Source: Vicugna vicugna (Eukaryota). Taken from it: DNA of 33,000 bases. Below, in pieces: positions 9,277 to 20,560 of this stretch. The stretch covers positions 62,001 to 95,000 of the forward strand of contig MU060486.1 in the NCBI GenBank assembly GCA_013265495.1. The letters are read 5' to 3'. Position numbers and translations under genes: made by a program. Each line of letters begins with the position of its first letter. Position 1 is the first letter of the stretch. Below the pieces are notes generated by a model. The model saw only the letters and a program-made list of their open reading frames with translations, was not told where the DNA came from and did no database searches.

Positions 9277-11784
9277 CAACTCTCAGAGAAGCCAAGGGGG
9301 AGCTTCTCTATCTTTAAGAATCCTTTTCTTCTCAATACACAGGTGTGGTACCCAGTCCACAGTGGGCAGTGATGGCTGTGTGGGGGTGGGGCAGGAGAGC
9401 TGGGAGCCTGCTGTTGCTGCAAGTGTGCCCAAACCCCCAGCCCAGAAGAGGCCTCAGACACGGGCATCAGGTGAGCCTGCAGTGACCGGCAGGGGTGCAG
9501 GAAGCCCCTCTTAGCACGCAGTGCCTCCCCTACCTGCACTGCAGGAACCCTGGCCAGGTGCTGCAAACCCATCTGGTTGGAAAGGGCAGAGAACCACAGG
9601 CCACCGCCCCGACAGCTGGGCTTCCCCCGAGTCCACTCCTCACTTCCTCTCGGCCAGGTCTGAGCAGACACTTCCAGAACCAAGCTTGTTAAACCAGGAG
9701 GTTAGACTTTAATGAATGTGCTTAGTTTGGTTTTTAATTGCACGCAGATTCAAATGATATCAATCGATCTTCATAATGGACATTTCCTTCTCTTTCAGAG
9801 AGGAGAGAATAGCTCAGGTCCGCAGGGCAGCATGGAGGGAGGAGCGGAAACTTGAGTTCAGCTGGAGCTGAAAGTGTCATAAAATCAGAGGTTTAGGGGT
9901 CGTGTGGTCCAGGGCAGCACTACCCCCCACCTGTACTGTTCTCAGCCTGTTTTAGAGAAATCAACCACCCTTCTCCACTTGGGACCACTGGGGACTCCCT
10001 CTCCAGCAAAATGCACCCATGAGAATCTTGACACTTTAGAATTTCTTATGGAAAACCACCTAACTCTGCCTCGCTGTGAAAGATTATCATCCCTGCGTTT
10101 CAGCAGGAGGGAATTGGCCCCAAATGTTATTTGATGCCGAGGCTTCGAAGTGTGGGCTGAGCGCCTGTGTGAAAGCCCCAGCAATAAGCAACAGAGGGAA
10201 ACAATTCCAGTGGCCGTCTGCTGTGAGAGGCCTTTGTCTCAACTGAGGCACATCTCCCCCGCCCCACTGCCTCCCCTGGTTTCCAGGTGGGAGGGGACGA
10301 AGGAGGTTATTGTGGAGGGAGGAAACTCGGGCATGGAAATAACCTAGTGCATTTTGCTGGGGGGGGATATTAACAGAGTCTCAGTTGGCACAGAGCCGTC
10401 CCTTAGACCAGTTTAAGGGAGAAAGAAGGCAGCCCCACAGGAGTGGATGCATGTCTGTTAAATGGTGTTTCAGAAATACCAAGTCGATTCCAAACTGCCG
10501 AGTGAAAACTTCAGTAGTTGGGCTTTTAGTAAAGACGATGCTGGCATGAAAGCGTAGGTGACAGAGACTTCTCAGAACAGGTGGGCTCCAAGGAGGCCCC
10601 CAGAGGGAAGGAGGGGGCAGGAGTCCAGCCCCAGGCGCTGGGGCGCGGGGCGGGGATTTGACGGCGCAGGTGCCATGTTCTCTCCACAGCCTCATCTACC
10701 CCGAGGAGTGGATGCTCCCCAGAAGCAGCTAACACCCAGCAGAGGAGCAACCTTCATCTCTGGGCACGTGCCACCAAGTTCCCGCCTCGGGAGGAGTGAC
10801 CCCACAAACAGGAGGGCCACCCAGGGAGGAGGGAAGGCCAGGGGCAGCTCTGTCTCCGGCACCTTAAGGCCCAGCCTCCTGGACCTTGGACCCGTGGAGG
10901 TGCCCTGTCCCTACAGCAGGAGGGCCTGGGCCTCTCAGGAGCACGGCTCCATTAGGACCGCCCCTCCATTCCTCCCTTCCTCCCCTACACTCAGCTCTCT
11001 CCTCCAGGCCGAATTCCAGGCCCACAGCACGGAGCGGAGCCAGCGAGCACATGGGCTGCACACGGGCTTGTCTTCAGGCTCCTCCACACCTGCTTCCTTT
11101 CCTCCCTCCCCGCCCTCCTCCTTCCAATATCCTCCTTCCTCTCCTCCCTGTCCTTCCTCCTTAGCAATCCCTCCCCACCCTTTGCAAAGTTGCAGACCTC
11201 TTTTGGCAGGTGCCATCCCTTCTGTTCGAAATTCCACCAGTGTGCCACCAAATTGCTCACGCGTGTTGCAAGCCACTCCCAACCCCAGCCCCCCAGTGAG
11301 TGTTCACAGCTCACTTCCCCCTCTGTCCTCTGAACCCTGCACTATTGACGGTCAGTCTTTTTCAATAGCAGAGCAGCAAAAGTCATGGTGTTGGAGCAGA
11401 CCTCCCTTCCTGGGTGTAGGCTACTCAGGGACAAGATCCAGGCTCCACCTCTCCCTCCTGGCATCTGGCACCACTCCGGCTCGCTGGAAGGACCGAATTC
11501 TCTGGAATGGACACCCTACTCCGTCCTGGGCTTCAGGAGCTCCCCCTGCTGGACAGTTCTCCGCTCCTCCCACCCATTTGTCCCTGGACACAGTCCCTAG
11601 AAGTGCAGGTCAGAGAGGAGAGGTCCACAGTCAGAGGCAGACATGCACATCTCCCAGGTCTCTGGGGTCATTTCCCACCGGCCTCTGGGTTCCCTCCCTA
11701 AATATAGTCTCTCCCAAGAAAGAAGAGCAGAGATCAAACATAATGAAACCACAAAGATCTCTTCTCCACAAGGCTTACAGAAAC

Positions 11785-11915
11785 CAGAACGTCAGGACTG
11801 GTGAAATCTCTGGACATCATCTGGTTCAAAATCCATGATGCACAGACAAGGGGCGGGGGCCCAGAGCGATGGAAACACTCACCCGCGATCTCCCAGCTGT
11901 GGGTTAGAGTCGGGC
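11785..11915 (-). mobile_element. MIR3/MIR SINE fragment
   Basis: cagaacgtcaggactgg...tctggacatcatctggttcaa...cacagacaaggg...ggcccagag follows antisense MIR3 (tagaatgttagagctggaagggaccttagagatcatctagtccaa...tacagatgaggaaactgaggcccagag). Confidence 0.6.
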
Positions 11916-14900
11916 TGATGCAGCCTCGGGGTCTCTGCCTCCAGGATGCTCTCTGTGCCCTCCTGGCCCCCGACGGGCTTCCCCCCTCAGCCTCGCCCTG
12001 GCCACCCCTCTTCCCTCTGAGCCCACGTCCACTTAACAAGCACAGCGCATCTGCAGTCTCACTGAGCATATGCCGCTCCTCATGGTGCCTCCACATTAAG
12101 ATTGGCTCCAAGGAGGGCAGACCCTCCACCGGAGAATCTGCCTCTGTTCTGTGACTCCAGCCTTGGCAGCAGTCCTGCAGGAGGCACTTCCTCAGATCCA
12201 CTTGATCAGGGCACAGACTGAGTGCTGGATTCTACATTGTATAACGGCCCCCGGGGGAGCCCCCAGGTTCCCGCTGCAGGGAGGAGACGGAGATGCTGAT
12301 GGGAGTTCCCTAGGCACCGACTGGGAGGCCTCGGGCTCAGGGAACAAGGTCTCTGGCAAGGGGGCCGGGCAGTCACAGGAATGCATTCAGCAGCCTCTGC
12401 GGGCAGCAGGGAAGCTGCAAACTACTGACCTCAGCAAGAAGCCCCCGCAGGGGGGCACCCACGGCCTCAGCCCTCGCCCGGCCTGGGGCGACCGCTTGGA
12501 TGACCGCTGGAGGCTCCACCCTCAGCTCCTGTTTCGCCTGGAGCCTCTGCACAGAGGCCTCATCGGTGCTGGAGGGAGGATTCCACCTCAGCAGGAGGGA
12601 CAGCTCAGGGAGGGGGCATGGGGGAGGTCCAGGAACAGTCAGAACTGGCTCCAAAAGGACACGGAGACCGCAGGCCCTCCCTGCTCCCCCTCCCCCAGCC
12701 GTGTCCTCACACCCTCCATGTCTGTGCCCTCAGATCCCACCCCTTGACTCCCCAAGGTTGAGCAAGACACAGCCAGGCTGCACACAGGACGGGTGGCGAG
12801 GGCAGGGGGCCGGTAGCCATGGGCCATCTCCTAGACCATCTGGCCATCTTCTTGCACAGGCCCAGCCACCGTGACGCTGGGGGCAGAGAGAAGACGCCAG
12901 CAAACCTTCTGCAGTTACACTGATATCTCAGCAGCGGGTGGAGGAGAGGGGCCAGGGAGTCGGGTGGGAAGTGCTCTGCGCAGGGAGAAGGATGTCTCCA
13001 GTCCACACCCCAGCACCTCCCTCGTTAAACACGGGGTTTAGGGCCCAGGTTTGACCTTTCTGAGCCTCAGGGTGAAAGCGCCTCACAGGCCGGTGCTGGC
13101 TCCACAGAGGCCCTCCCTCCCCGTGCTGGGCAGACTCCAGCCGGGGCTATTTCCCAGCTGGCAAGTGCAAGCTCCAGGCCTCTGCAACCCACTGCAGACT
13201 GGTCCCCAAGGAGCACTTTCTGCAGACCTCAGTGACCCAAGTCGTCAAGCCAAGGGGGACCCCGGGACTTGGACAAGCTGTGCCCTGGGATCCCTCCCTG
13301 CTGAGGCTGAGGGTGGGGTCCAGCCAGGACCCAGCCTCATTCATGTTTGGCTCTCTGAGTCTGCATGGGCAGGAGGTGGAAGAGACACAAGGGCAGAGGA
13401 CACAGGGCCTGAACAGTCTGGTCCCTTCTCTCCTTATCCTCAACCGGGACTGAAGTTAGGACAGAGCCCTGAGTGTGAGCAACTCCAGGCCCCTCAAGGA
13501 GGGCAGTCAGGCCCCACATGGCCACCCCAGCTCTGGTTCCCTTTAAGACCTGCCCCCAGCTGCCTCACCTTACACACAGGTGAACTCTGACCCCTGACAC
13601 AGCCTCCCTGCATCCCCGGCTCGTGCACACCTGTGTCTTTGCCCAGCTGCACCCTCAGCCTCTCTTCCCACTGAGATTCTTGATCCACAAATTCCTCCCT
13701 CTTCCCTGGTCCCCAAACCAGCAGTGATGGCGCCTTCCTGAACAGGCTAGTGTTACCGTCTACACTCACTGCCTTCACTTCTTGACTCAGCCGTCGATGT
13801 CTTCAGTTGTGTGCCTGTCTCTGCAGTGCGCCGGGGCAGCTGATGTCTTGGCCGTCCTGACACCACCGCCCAGCACAGGGCCCGGCACGCAGGAGGCATC
13901 TGAGGAGTGAGTGGGACACGTTTTACTCCCGTCACCTCCTCAGCCCTCCTGGATGAGCAGCGAATTTTTACCTTCAGGGTCTCAGGACGTCCCGCCCAGC
14001 CCTCACACCCAACTTGTGAGAACCATGCTGGAACCTTCACGGAGCGCAGGGCCTAGGGGTGGGACACCTCCTACAAAGGCCTTTCAGCCCAGGGCCTGGG
14101 GTGGGGGACCTGGAGCCGCACGAGGCTTGAAGCCGCATGAGGCTCGGACCTGGCGCTGAGACTCCGCTCAGGGTGTGTCTCCCCACCGAGAGGGAGTGTC
14201 GCATGTGTCCAGTCCTGCAGGTCAGGAGGCGCCTCACTGGGCGCGGCCTGGTCGGCCTGGTGAGAGGCCCCCACGCCCCACAGCAGAGCCCCACTTACCA
14301 ACCCAAGGACCAGCCTGCTGCTTCCGGGCCCTTCCTCTTCACTGTATCCCTGCACATTATAACGAAGCGTGCGCTGGACTCTGGTTGCTGCTCTGCCTCC
14401 CTTTCTTCAACAAGTCACAGATATGACCTGAGCCCCCAGAGCAGCTTGGCACGAGGTATCCTCACCTCATCTCTGTGACTCCAGCCAAAACTAAAGACGT
14501 TGACATTCCAGTTGCCTTTGCAGCTTTCACAGGGATCTAAACACAGTCTTTACTAGATTCTTTTGAAATATTAGCAAGAGATTCCAGAATCCCCACTGCT
14601 GTAGGGCCCGAGGGCTTCTGGACCCTGTGGGTGAAGGCCCCGCAGGAGGGCTCAGCCCCTTGACTGATGCTTGGCTGTGGCAGGGTGTGGGCAGAGGAAG
14701 AGGCAGGAAGACAAGGCTCTGTGTGGGGCAGGGCTCCCTATTCTGCACCCCCTACCCCCGATCAGGGCTCGTTACCAGGAAAGAGAAATGATCATTTCAG
14801 CTTTTTTCAGAACCTGGCGGAGGCCAGGCTCTGACTCTCACCCTGGTCCCCAAGGTCCCCAAGGTCGTGGAGCAGAGGCACCTCCTTCCCCGCCTCCCTC

Positions 14901-15003
14901 TCCTCTCCTCTGCACAAGCCTCCACTCTGGGCAATTCTGCAGCAAAGGGAGCTCAGAGCCTCAGGGCTGGGAGAACGTCAAAGGAATGTGGGCCCTTTCT
15001 GCT

Positions 15004-15072
15004 AATTTTAGGGACAGGAAGCCTGAGGCCTAAGGAGGTGCAGTGACCTGCCCAAGGCTGCGCACACCAGCT
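15004..15072 (-). mobile_element. MIR SINE fragment
   Basis: attttagggacaggaagcctgaggcctaaggaggtgcagtgacctgcccaagg matches the antisense MIR core. Confidence 0.65.
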
Positions 15073-15689
15073 GGGCATGCAGCCGAAGCACAGTTGGGAC
15101 CTGTGGACAAGGTGGGTGAGCTCTGGCCAGGCACCGCCCCTGCCAAGTGCAGCCCGGGCCCGGCAGTGTCATGACTGCCCAGGACCCCAGAACTGCTGAT
15201 CTGGAAGAACCCCTAAGGGGCGGGTGTGGGACAAGCACCTGGACTAGACTCCACCCCAAACTCTCCTCCATGCATCTACTGACACGGCCTCCCAGCCAGA
15301 GGTTAGAGAACACAGCCCCATCCCCTCTCGTCCAGTTCCGTAGCTGGCATGCGCCAAGTCCAGAGCCACGGCCAGGGAACCAGGGCTGGCGGGGGACAAA
15401 CACTGGCCCAGCGCCTGTGCAGGGGGAGAGGGCAGGATCCGCAGAGAAGTGCGCAGGGACAGTGGCTGGTGCTGGGGGAGGGGTGGGAAGGATGGTGGGC
15501 AAGGGCAGGCGTGCCTGAGCCGGCCTGCGGGGGTGGCCGGGCACTGACCAGAGAGAGGGTGAGATGCCCAGCAGGAGAAGGCACGGAGGTGAGCAGCACC
15601 TGGCCTGGGGCATCCCTCCTGGGGAGGCCATGAGAGGCCGGAGGTCAGGGAAGCTGGAACAGGGCCCCGGGGCCCCTTTCAGAGCAGAC

Positions 15690-15778
15690 CGTCTGTCTCT
15701 GGGTGATGGGGAGCTATTGGAGGCTTTTACGCAGGGGAACAGTTGGTTCAGATCTGATTTTAGCTGAATTACTTTGGC
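15690..15778 (-). mobile_element. L2 LINE internal fragment
   Basis: gatggggagctattggaggcttttacgcaggggaacagttggttcagatctgattttag resembles antisense L2 (aatggggagccactgaagggttttaagcaggggagtgacatgatcagatttgcattttag). Confidence 0.65.
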
Positions 15779-17022
15779 AACGGAGGAGGAAGAACTGTGG
15801 ACTGATTAGGAATTCAGGCCTAGGACGTGGGGAAGCTCCTGGTAGAAGTGCTTGAGGAATCAGAGCCCTGGCTTCCAGCCCCATGAAATGTGGGTGCTGC
15901 AGGAACCCCAGCCAGATGTGGGGGTAGCAAGGCCCCGCCCCTCGGACGGTGCTCCCCTTGCAGGAGCCCACCCACAGCCCACACGTCGCCCAGCTTCCTC
16001 CTCTTCCCCATCCAGGCCCGCTTAGGACGTCCTCAAAATGTCCCCAGTGCCGATGTCCAGGTCCTCCCTGCCTCTACCCGGCCGGCCAGAGCTCAGCCGG
16101 CCATCCTCACTGTCTGTGCTCTGGGAGCCATGGGACCCACGCTGCCACCTGGCCGCTGTGGTGCCAGCATCCCTGAGAAAGCCCTCCTGATCCCTGCAAC
16201 TGAGCTGCAGGTCCCCTCCTGACGCCTGGCCCATCGCAATGCCACTGGTAGAGGGACTCCCTCTCACCAGGCAGCTCCCCGCTCAGCCTCAGGCTGCGGC
16301 ACAGCTGAGGAGCGGGTGTGGAGTGGGGAGGGGCGTGGAAGTAGAGCTGGTAAAGCGAAGGACAGCAGGGAAGTGGCTGAAAGTGCTCCCCGCGTCCAGC
16401 TGGCTTCATGCTGGAACTTCGCAAAAACGTTGCTACTGTGTTTCTGCCCGTTGGAAGCCCCTCTAAGCTGCAGGTCAGTTTTCAGAGAGGAAAACACACT
16501 CCTGAAGACGTGACTGCTCCTGGGACACTTACCCCCACATCTCCCTCCAGCCGCCCGTGAGGTAGGAGGATGGCACCCCCATCGCAGGTGGGGCAACCCC
16601 TGCGCTGGGCGGAGGGAGGCGGCTCCATTGCTCAGCCTCAGGAGGAACCAAGGCTGCTGGTTAACTTTCGTGTGTTCGCGCCACTTGGGGTCCGGCCCCT
16701 GTAAGAGCCAGGCATTTCTAACTGAGAATCAACTCAGACCAGGCCTGGTGCTGCCCTTGGTCAAACTGAACCAAGGGAGCAGAGCTGTGGCCAGGGAGTC
16801 AGCAGGACCTGGGCAAAGCCACGCCCTGGAAAGCTGTTGTCCTGAGCAGTCTGGCCACAGGCCTTCCGAGCCGCAGCACCGGCAGAGGGGAGGGATCAAG
16901 ACAGTGTCAGTGTGGTTTGTTCCCTCTTGTCAGCTAACAAAACCCCACAGGAGAGAGCTGGGCGGGTAGGAGGCGCCGCATCTCCCGGAGGAGGGTTTTG
17001 ACAGAGAACCAGCGAGTGCCGC

Positions 17023-17147
17023 GTCATGTGACCGCAGGCCTTATCAGCCCTTATCAGCCCTTTCATTGAGTCCTCGAAGACAAAGGGAGGCCTATGCCCC
17101 ACAAGATCAGATAAGGTTGTTATCACCAGGGTCACTGTCAATTTATG
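17023..17147. promoter_or_regulatory. Candidate enhancer: four GATA motifs, an M-box/CLEAR-like E-box and a MEIS-HOX-like composite
   Basis: GTCATGTGAC at 17023-17032; CTTATCA at 17040 and 17050; AGATAAG at 17109; TTATCA at 17120; CTGTCAATTTATGA at about 17135-17148. Confidence 0.45.
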
Positions 17148-17759
17148 AGCCAAGGGGAAGGGCCAAGCTCCAGAGGCCAGTGAGTAAGACAAATACTCTG
17201 GCTTAAAAGCTATGTCCAGACAAGGAGATCTGTGGCTGTGGTCGTCTGCTTGCTGAAATACTCAGAAGCAAACAGACTGAAGCCAGCTGGAATTTGTGGA
17301 ACCGTGTTTCTGGAGAGCTCCCACACCCAGGCTGCATCAGCCTGAGGCAGCAAAGCCCTGTTCCCCGGCCCTACAGCACTGGGGTCAGATCTTGGTGCCT
17401 GCAGGGCCACCTCTCCAGGGCCAAGCCCAAGGGAGCAAGGACACTGACAGGGACCCTCCTGAGGTGGAGCCGAAGACGCAGGGGAAGCATCGAAGGAGCT
17501 CCCCTGGAGGCTGGCGAGGGCCTCCCACCCCTGCCCAGCAGGGCCAGTGGTTGCGTGGACCAGTCATGGAAGGCGGTCATCTTCAACTGTGGGTATTTTA
17601 TCTTCTCTGCAAAGCGGAGTGTTAAGTAGCCGGGAGTGACTAGGGGGCTTTCTGCCCAGGGGACTCCAGGCCGGAAGGAGCGTATCTGGGAGGGTGCTGA
17701 GGCCCTGCCAGCCCCGCAGCACTGACAGCCCCGGCGGCAGTGGCTGGATGAGATTTGGG

Positions 17760-17775
17760 GATTCCCATGGGAATC
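17760..17775. promoter_or_regulatory. Perfect EBF/COE-type palindrome GATTCCCATGGGAATC (motif only; function unproven)
   Basis: An exact 16-bp palindrome containing ATTCCCNNGGGAAT, the optimal EBF1/Olf-1 site. Confidence 0.45.
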
Positions 17776-19284
17776 GGGGGGTATGTCAGGGGTCAGGGAC
17801 CTGGGAGGGATGTGGCAGAGGCCAGTGATCTTCCAAAAGCTGTTCTACGAGTCTTTGTCCTGAGCGATTTGCTGGCAGCTGGCCAGGAGGGGTGCTAGGT
17901 GAGAGGAAACACAGCAAGCGGGTGGGGCCCTAATTCTGAGCCACACATCCCAATGCCCCGCCACCCGCCCCTGCCCGGCAGGCAGCACCTCCAGCCCCAG
18001 CTCTGGGGCTCCCCTCAAGGAGCCGGTGTCTCCAGCAGGCTTTTAACCTTGATAATGAAAAGCACGACTTTATGAGCACCAGAAATTGGCTAAACTCATT
18101 AGTTTTGTTCTTAATAGAAAATTAATGCCCCACTGGAGGAGCTTTGAGCCTCACTCTTGGTCTCTTAGAACTGTTCTCGTCTGTAAGTGAATTGGTATCG
18201 TGTTTGAACCCAGAGGGAAGGATCCTCGTCCGCCCTTGAAAGCTCTGAGGAGCTCAAGAGATTGGCTGACAACCTCCTGTTGCCAAGCGTGGAAACAGCA
18301 CAAGTGCTTCCAATACGGTGTTTCCCTGGTGTGAACCGGCCTGAAAGCTTTCACACCACCCTTTGCAAGGAAGGCGTGAGAGAGAGCTGCAGATGCAGCT
18401 CAGGTAACCAGGAAGGGCGTTAGGCGGCTCCACACCTCCAGCCAAAGAGCTTTCAGAAAAGACTAGGAAGAGGATTATTCAACTGCTGTCACATCACAGA
18501 CAGAGATGATTCCCGCTGTCTCAGGGCCCTCGGTGAGCGTCCCTGCAAATGCTCAGCCCTGAAGCGTGTCCTCATGCAGACGTCCTGAGCTGACGCTATG
18601 GGAGTGGCCAAGGTCATGGCCGCGCCAGCCCTGGACTTGGTTCTGATGGGGCGGAGGTGCACTCAGCCCCTAGGTGGCTCAGGGTCTTAATTCCATTAGC
18701 AAAGTGAGGGTGTAGAACCTCAGAGGGCTTGCGCCCACTACTAACAGTTCTGAAGAACCTGGGAATTTCGAGTGCCTGCATTACTTGGGGCTGACTGACC
18801 TTTGTTTGAAAACATACCCAAGATTAGTTCCAATCATGCGCAGTGAGGCCAACAGGTCAGGAGGCCACAGCCACCACAGGCAGACGGTCACTCACAGTTT
18901 CCAAGAGAAGGGCCCGCGGGGGCCCGGGGAGGGTCCGTCCGGAGTCAGAAGGAGCAAGAGGAGAACGGAGCAGACGCCTAGACTGTGGTGTCGGGGCAGG
19001 AAAGGGCGACGCAGGCTTAGCGGCAGAGCAGGCCACGGGCTGGACCGTTTGGATGACTCCTTTCAAGTGTAAATATTCAAACATGGAAATTGTGCCCCAA
19101 AGGAGATAAAACAGTCTCCTGCCCCTAGAGACCCGCCCCTGGGGACGGCTCTGAAGCGCCCCTCCTTCCAGAGGAACCCCCGGTGTAGACGGACGGGAAT
19201 AATTCTCTACAATCCACACGGTTCTGCACAAGCTGCTCCACCACCCTATTTATGCAAAATGTCCCTCCAGGGTTTCACTTGAGT

Positions 19285-19795
19285 CACCATTTTTAAGGGT
19301 TACAGTGTTTTATTGTCGGGATTTGCTGTAATTTACTCACAAGTCACTGCTGATGAGCGTTCTGGTGGTTTCCGCTGCTTTGCAGTTACAAGCAGTGCTT
19401 TTATGAACGCCCTTGGGATGTGATTTCCTGCTTAAGGTAAACCAGCAGTGAACTTGCCCTTCCAAAGGGCAAACTCATTTACGTTTGATACATGCGACCA
19501 AACTGCCCCCAGATGTCCCCCCAGTCCCTGGAGCTGCGGTTGTCTGAATCCTCACAGCACCTCTGAGACTGGGCTCCATCCGTCGTGCAAATCCTTTCCA
19601 ATATGGTCGTGGGAAAATGCCTCGTTATTGTCGCTACTTGCACTTACTTAAAACCTTTGAAGACGACAGGAGCTGAAGGCTTTCTGTGGGTTCAGTGTGC
19701 ATCGATGTCTCTCCCGTGTGCAGGCAAACCACCTGTTCAAACGCTTCGCCCGCTTTTCTCCTGGGTGGTTGTCCTTGTTCGTGCTGGTTTGAAAA
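19285..19795 (-). mobile_element. Ancient L1M (L1MC/L1ME-type) LINE-1 3' region fragment
   Basis: Collinear antisense L1 landmarks are present: gatgagcgttctggtggtttcc...tttgcagttacaagcagtgc...tgaacgccctt; tttgatacatgcgaccaaactgccc; gggaaaatgcctcgttattg...ttgcactt; cctgttcaaacgcttcgcccgcttttctcctggg. Confidence 0.75.
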
Positions 19796-19859
19796 GGCAG
19801 GGGGCCCAGGGGTTAGAGGGTCGACTCTACCTCTTCGGTCCTGGGCAGGAGAGCCCTCG

Positions 19860-19992
19860 CCCTGTCTCCGCATCCCGGGCGCAGTGATAACACTTGTCCT
19901 CCTGGTGTGGCTGTGAGGACTTTGTGATTTAGTGCATCCCCACACAGATGGGACGGTGCCCGGCACAGGATAAGCAGTCAGTAATATGTTAA
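19860..19992 (+). mobile_element. MIR SINE 3' half
   Basis: gataacacttgtcctcctggtgtggctgtgaggac...ggacggtgcccggcacaggataagcagtcagtaatatgtt matches the MIR 3' end (gttgtgaggatt...cacagtgcctggcacatagtaagcgctcaataaatgtt). Confidence 0.7.
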
Positions 19993-20461
19993 GGATGGGA
20001 TGAAATTCAAAATATTCGACAAGCGTGTTACACAGGTGTTAACCAATCAGGATGAAGATCAGCTGTGACACTGGGCAGCGTCCTACAGGCACAAGTCTGG
20101 AAATTCCCAGATATGGGCAGGGCAGCTGTCCTGGGGTGCTGGGGATTGGGAGAGGCCACTCAGGGCCGGAGAGGCAGCTCTCTACCAGCCTGGAAGCGGG
20201 CAGCATCCCGCCCTGTGGTCCAGCTGCACCACCCTTGCCGGCCAGGCGACTCTCGCAACCTGCCACCTGTCACTCGGCTTTGCCGAGGAGGGAGGCCTGG
20301 GAAGGGTTCTGACACGTCACGTCCTTAGACCGCGAAGGGTTCTGTCGGTCAGAAGAGACTAGAAATGTGTCCACCCGCCCCCAAGGCAGGGAGGAGGGGC
20401 ACCACCTCCTGCCCCATGGAGACCAGGAGTCAATGGGAGTGATGGCTCCCACTCAGGTTCT

Positions 20462-20560
20462 TTGAGTGCTTTACACATTACACTATTTATTCCTTGTAGA
20501 ATCTAAGACACGGACACTGCTTTATGCCCACCATATGGAGGGGGGCTTGAATCTCAGGCA
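20462..20560 (-). mobile_element. Possible MIR fragment (highly diverged)
   Basis: gagtgctttacacattacactatttattcct...tttatgccca resembles the antisense MIR 3' end, but the similarity is weak. Confidence 0.35.

Noticed and set aside
12151-12747. 198-aa + strand ORF and 93-aa - strand ORF (12373-12654)
   Set aside because: They look protein-like in places, but I recognise no family or convincing flanking splice-site pair, and overlapping ORFs in several frames indicate GC-rich stop depletion.
18900-19030. CpG-island promoter (also CpG patches at about 21380-21620 and 26130-26560)
   Set aside because: The patches are short and moderate in density, with no associated first exon or core-promoter pattern. 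They are compatible with regional GC-biased substitution.
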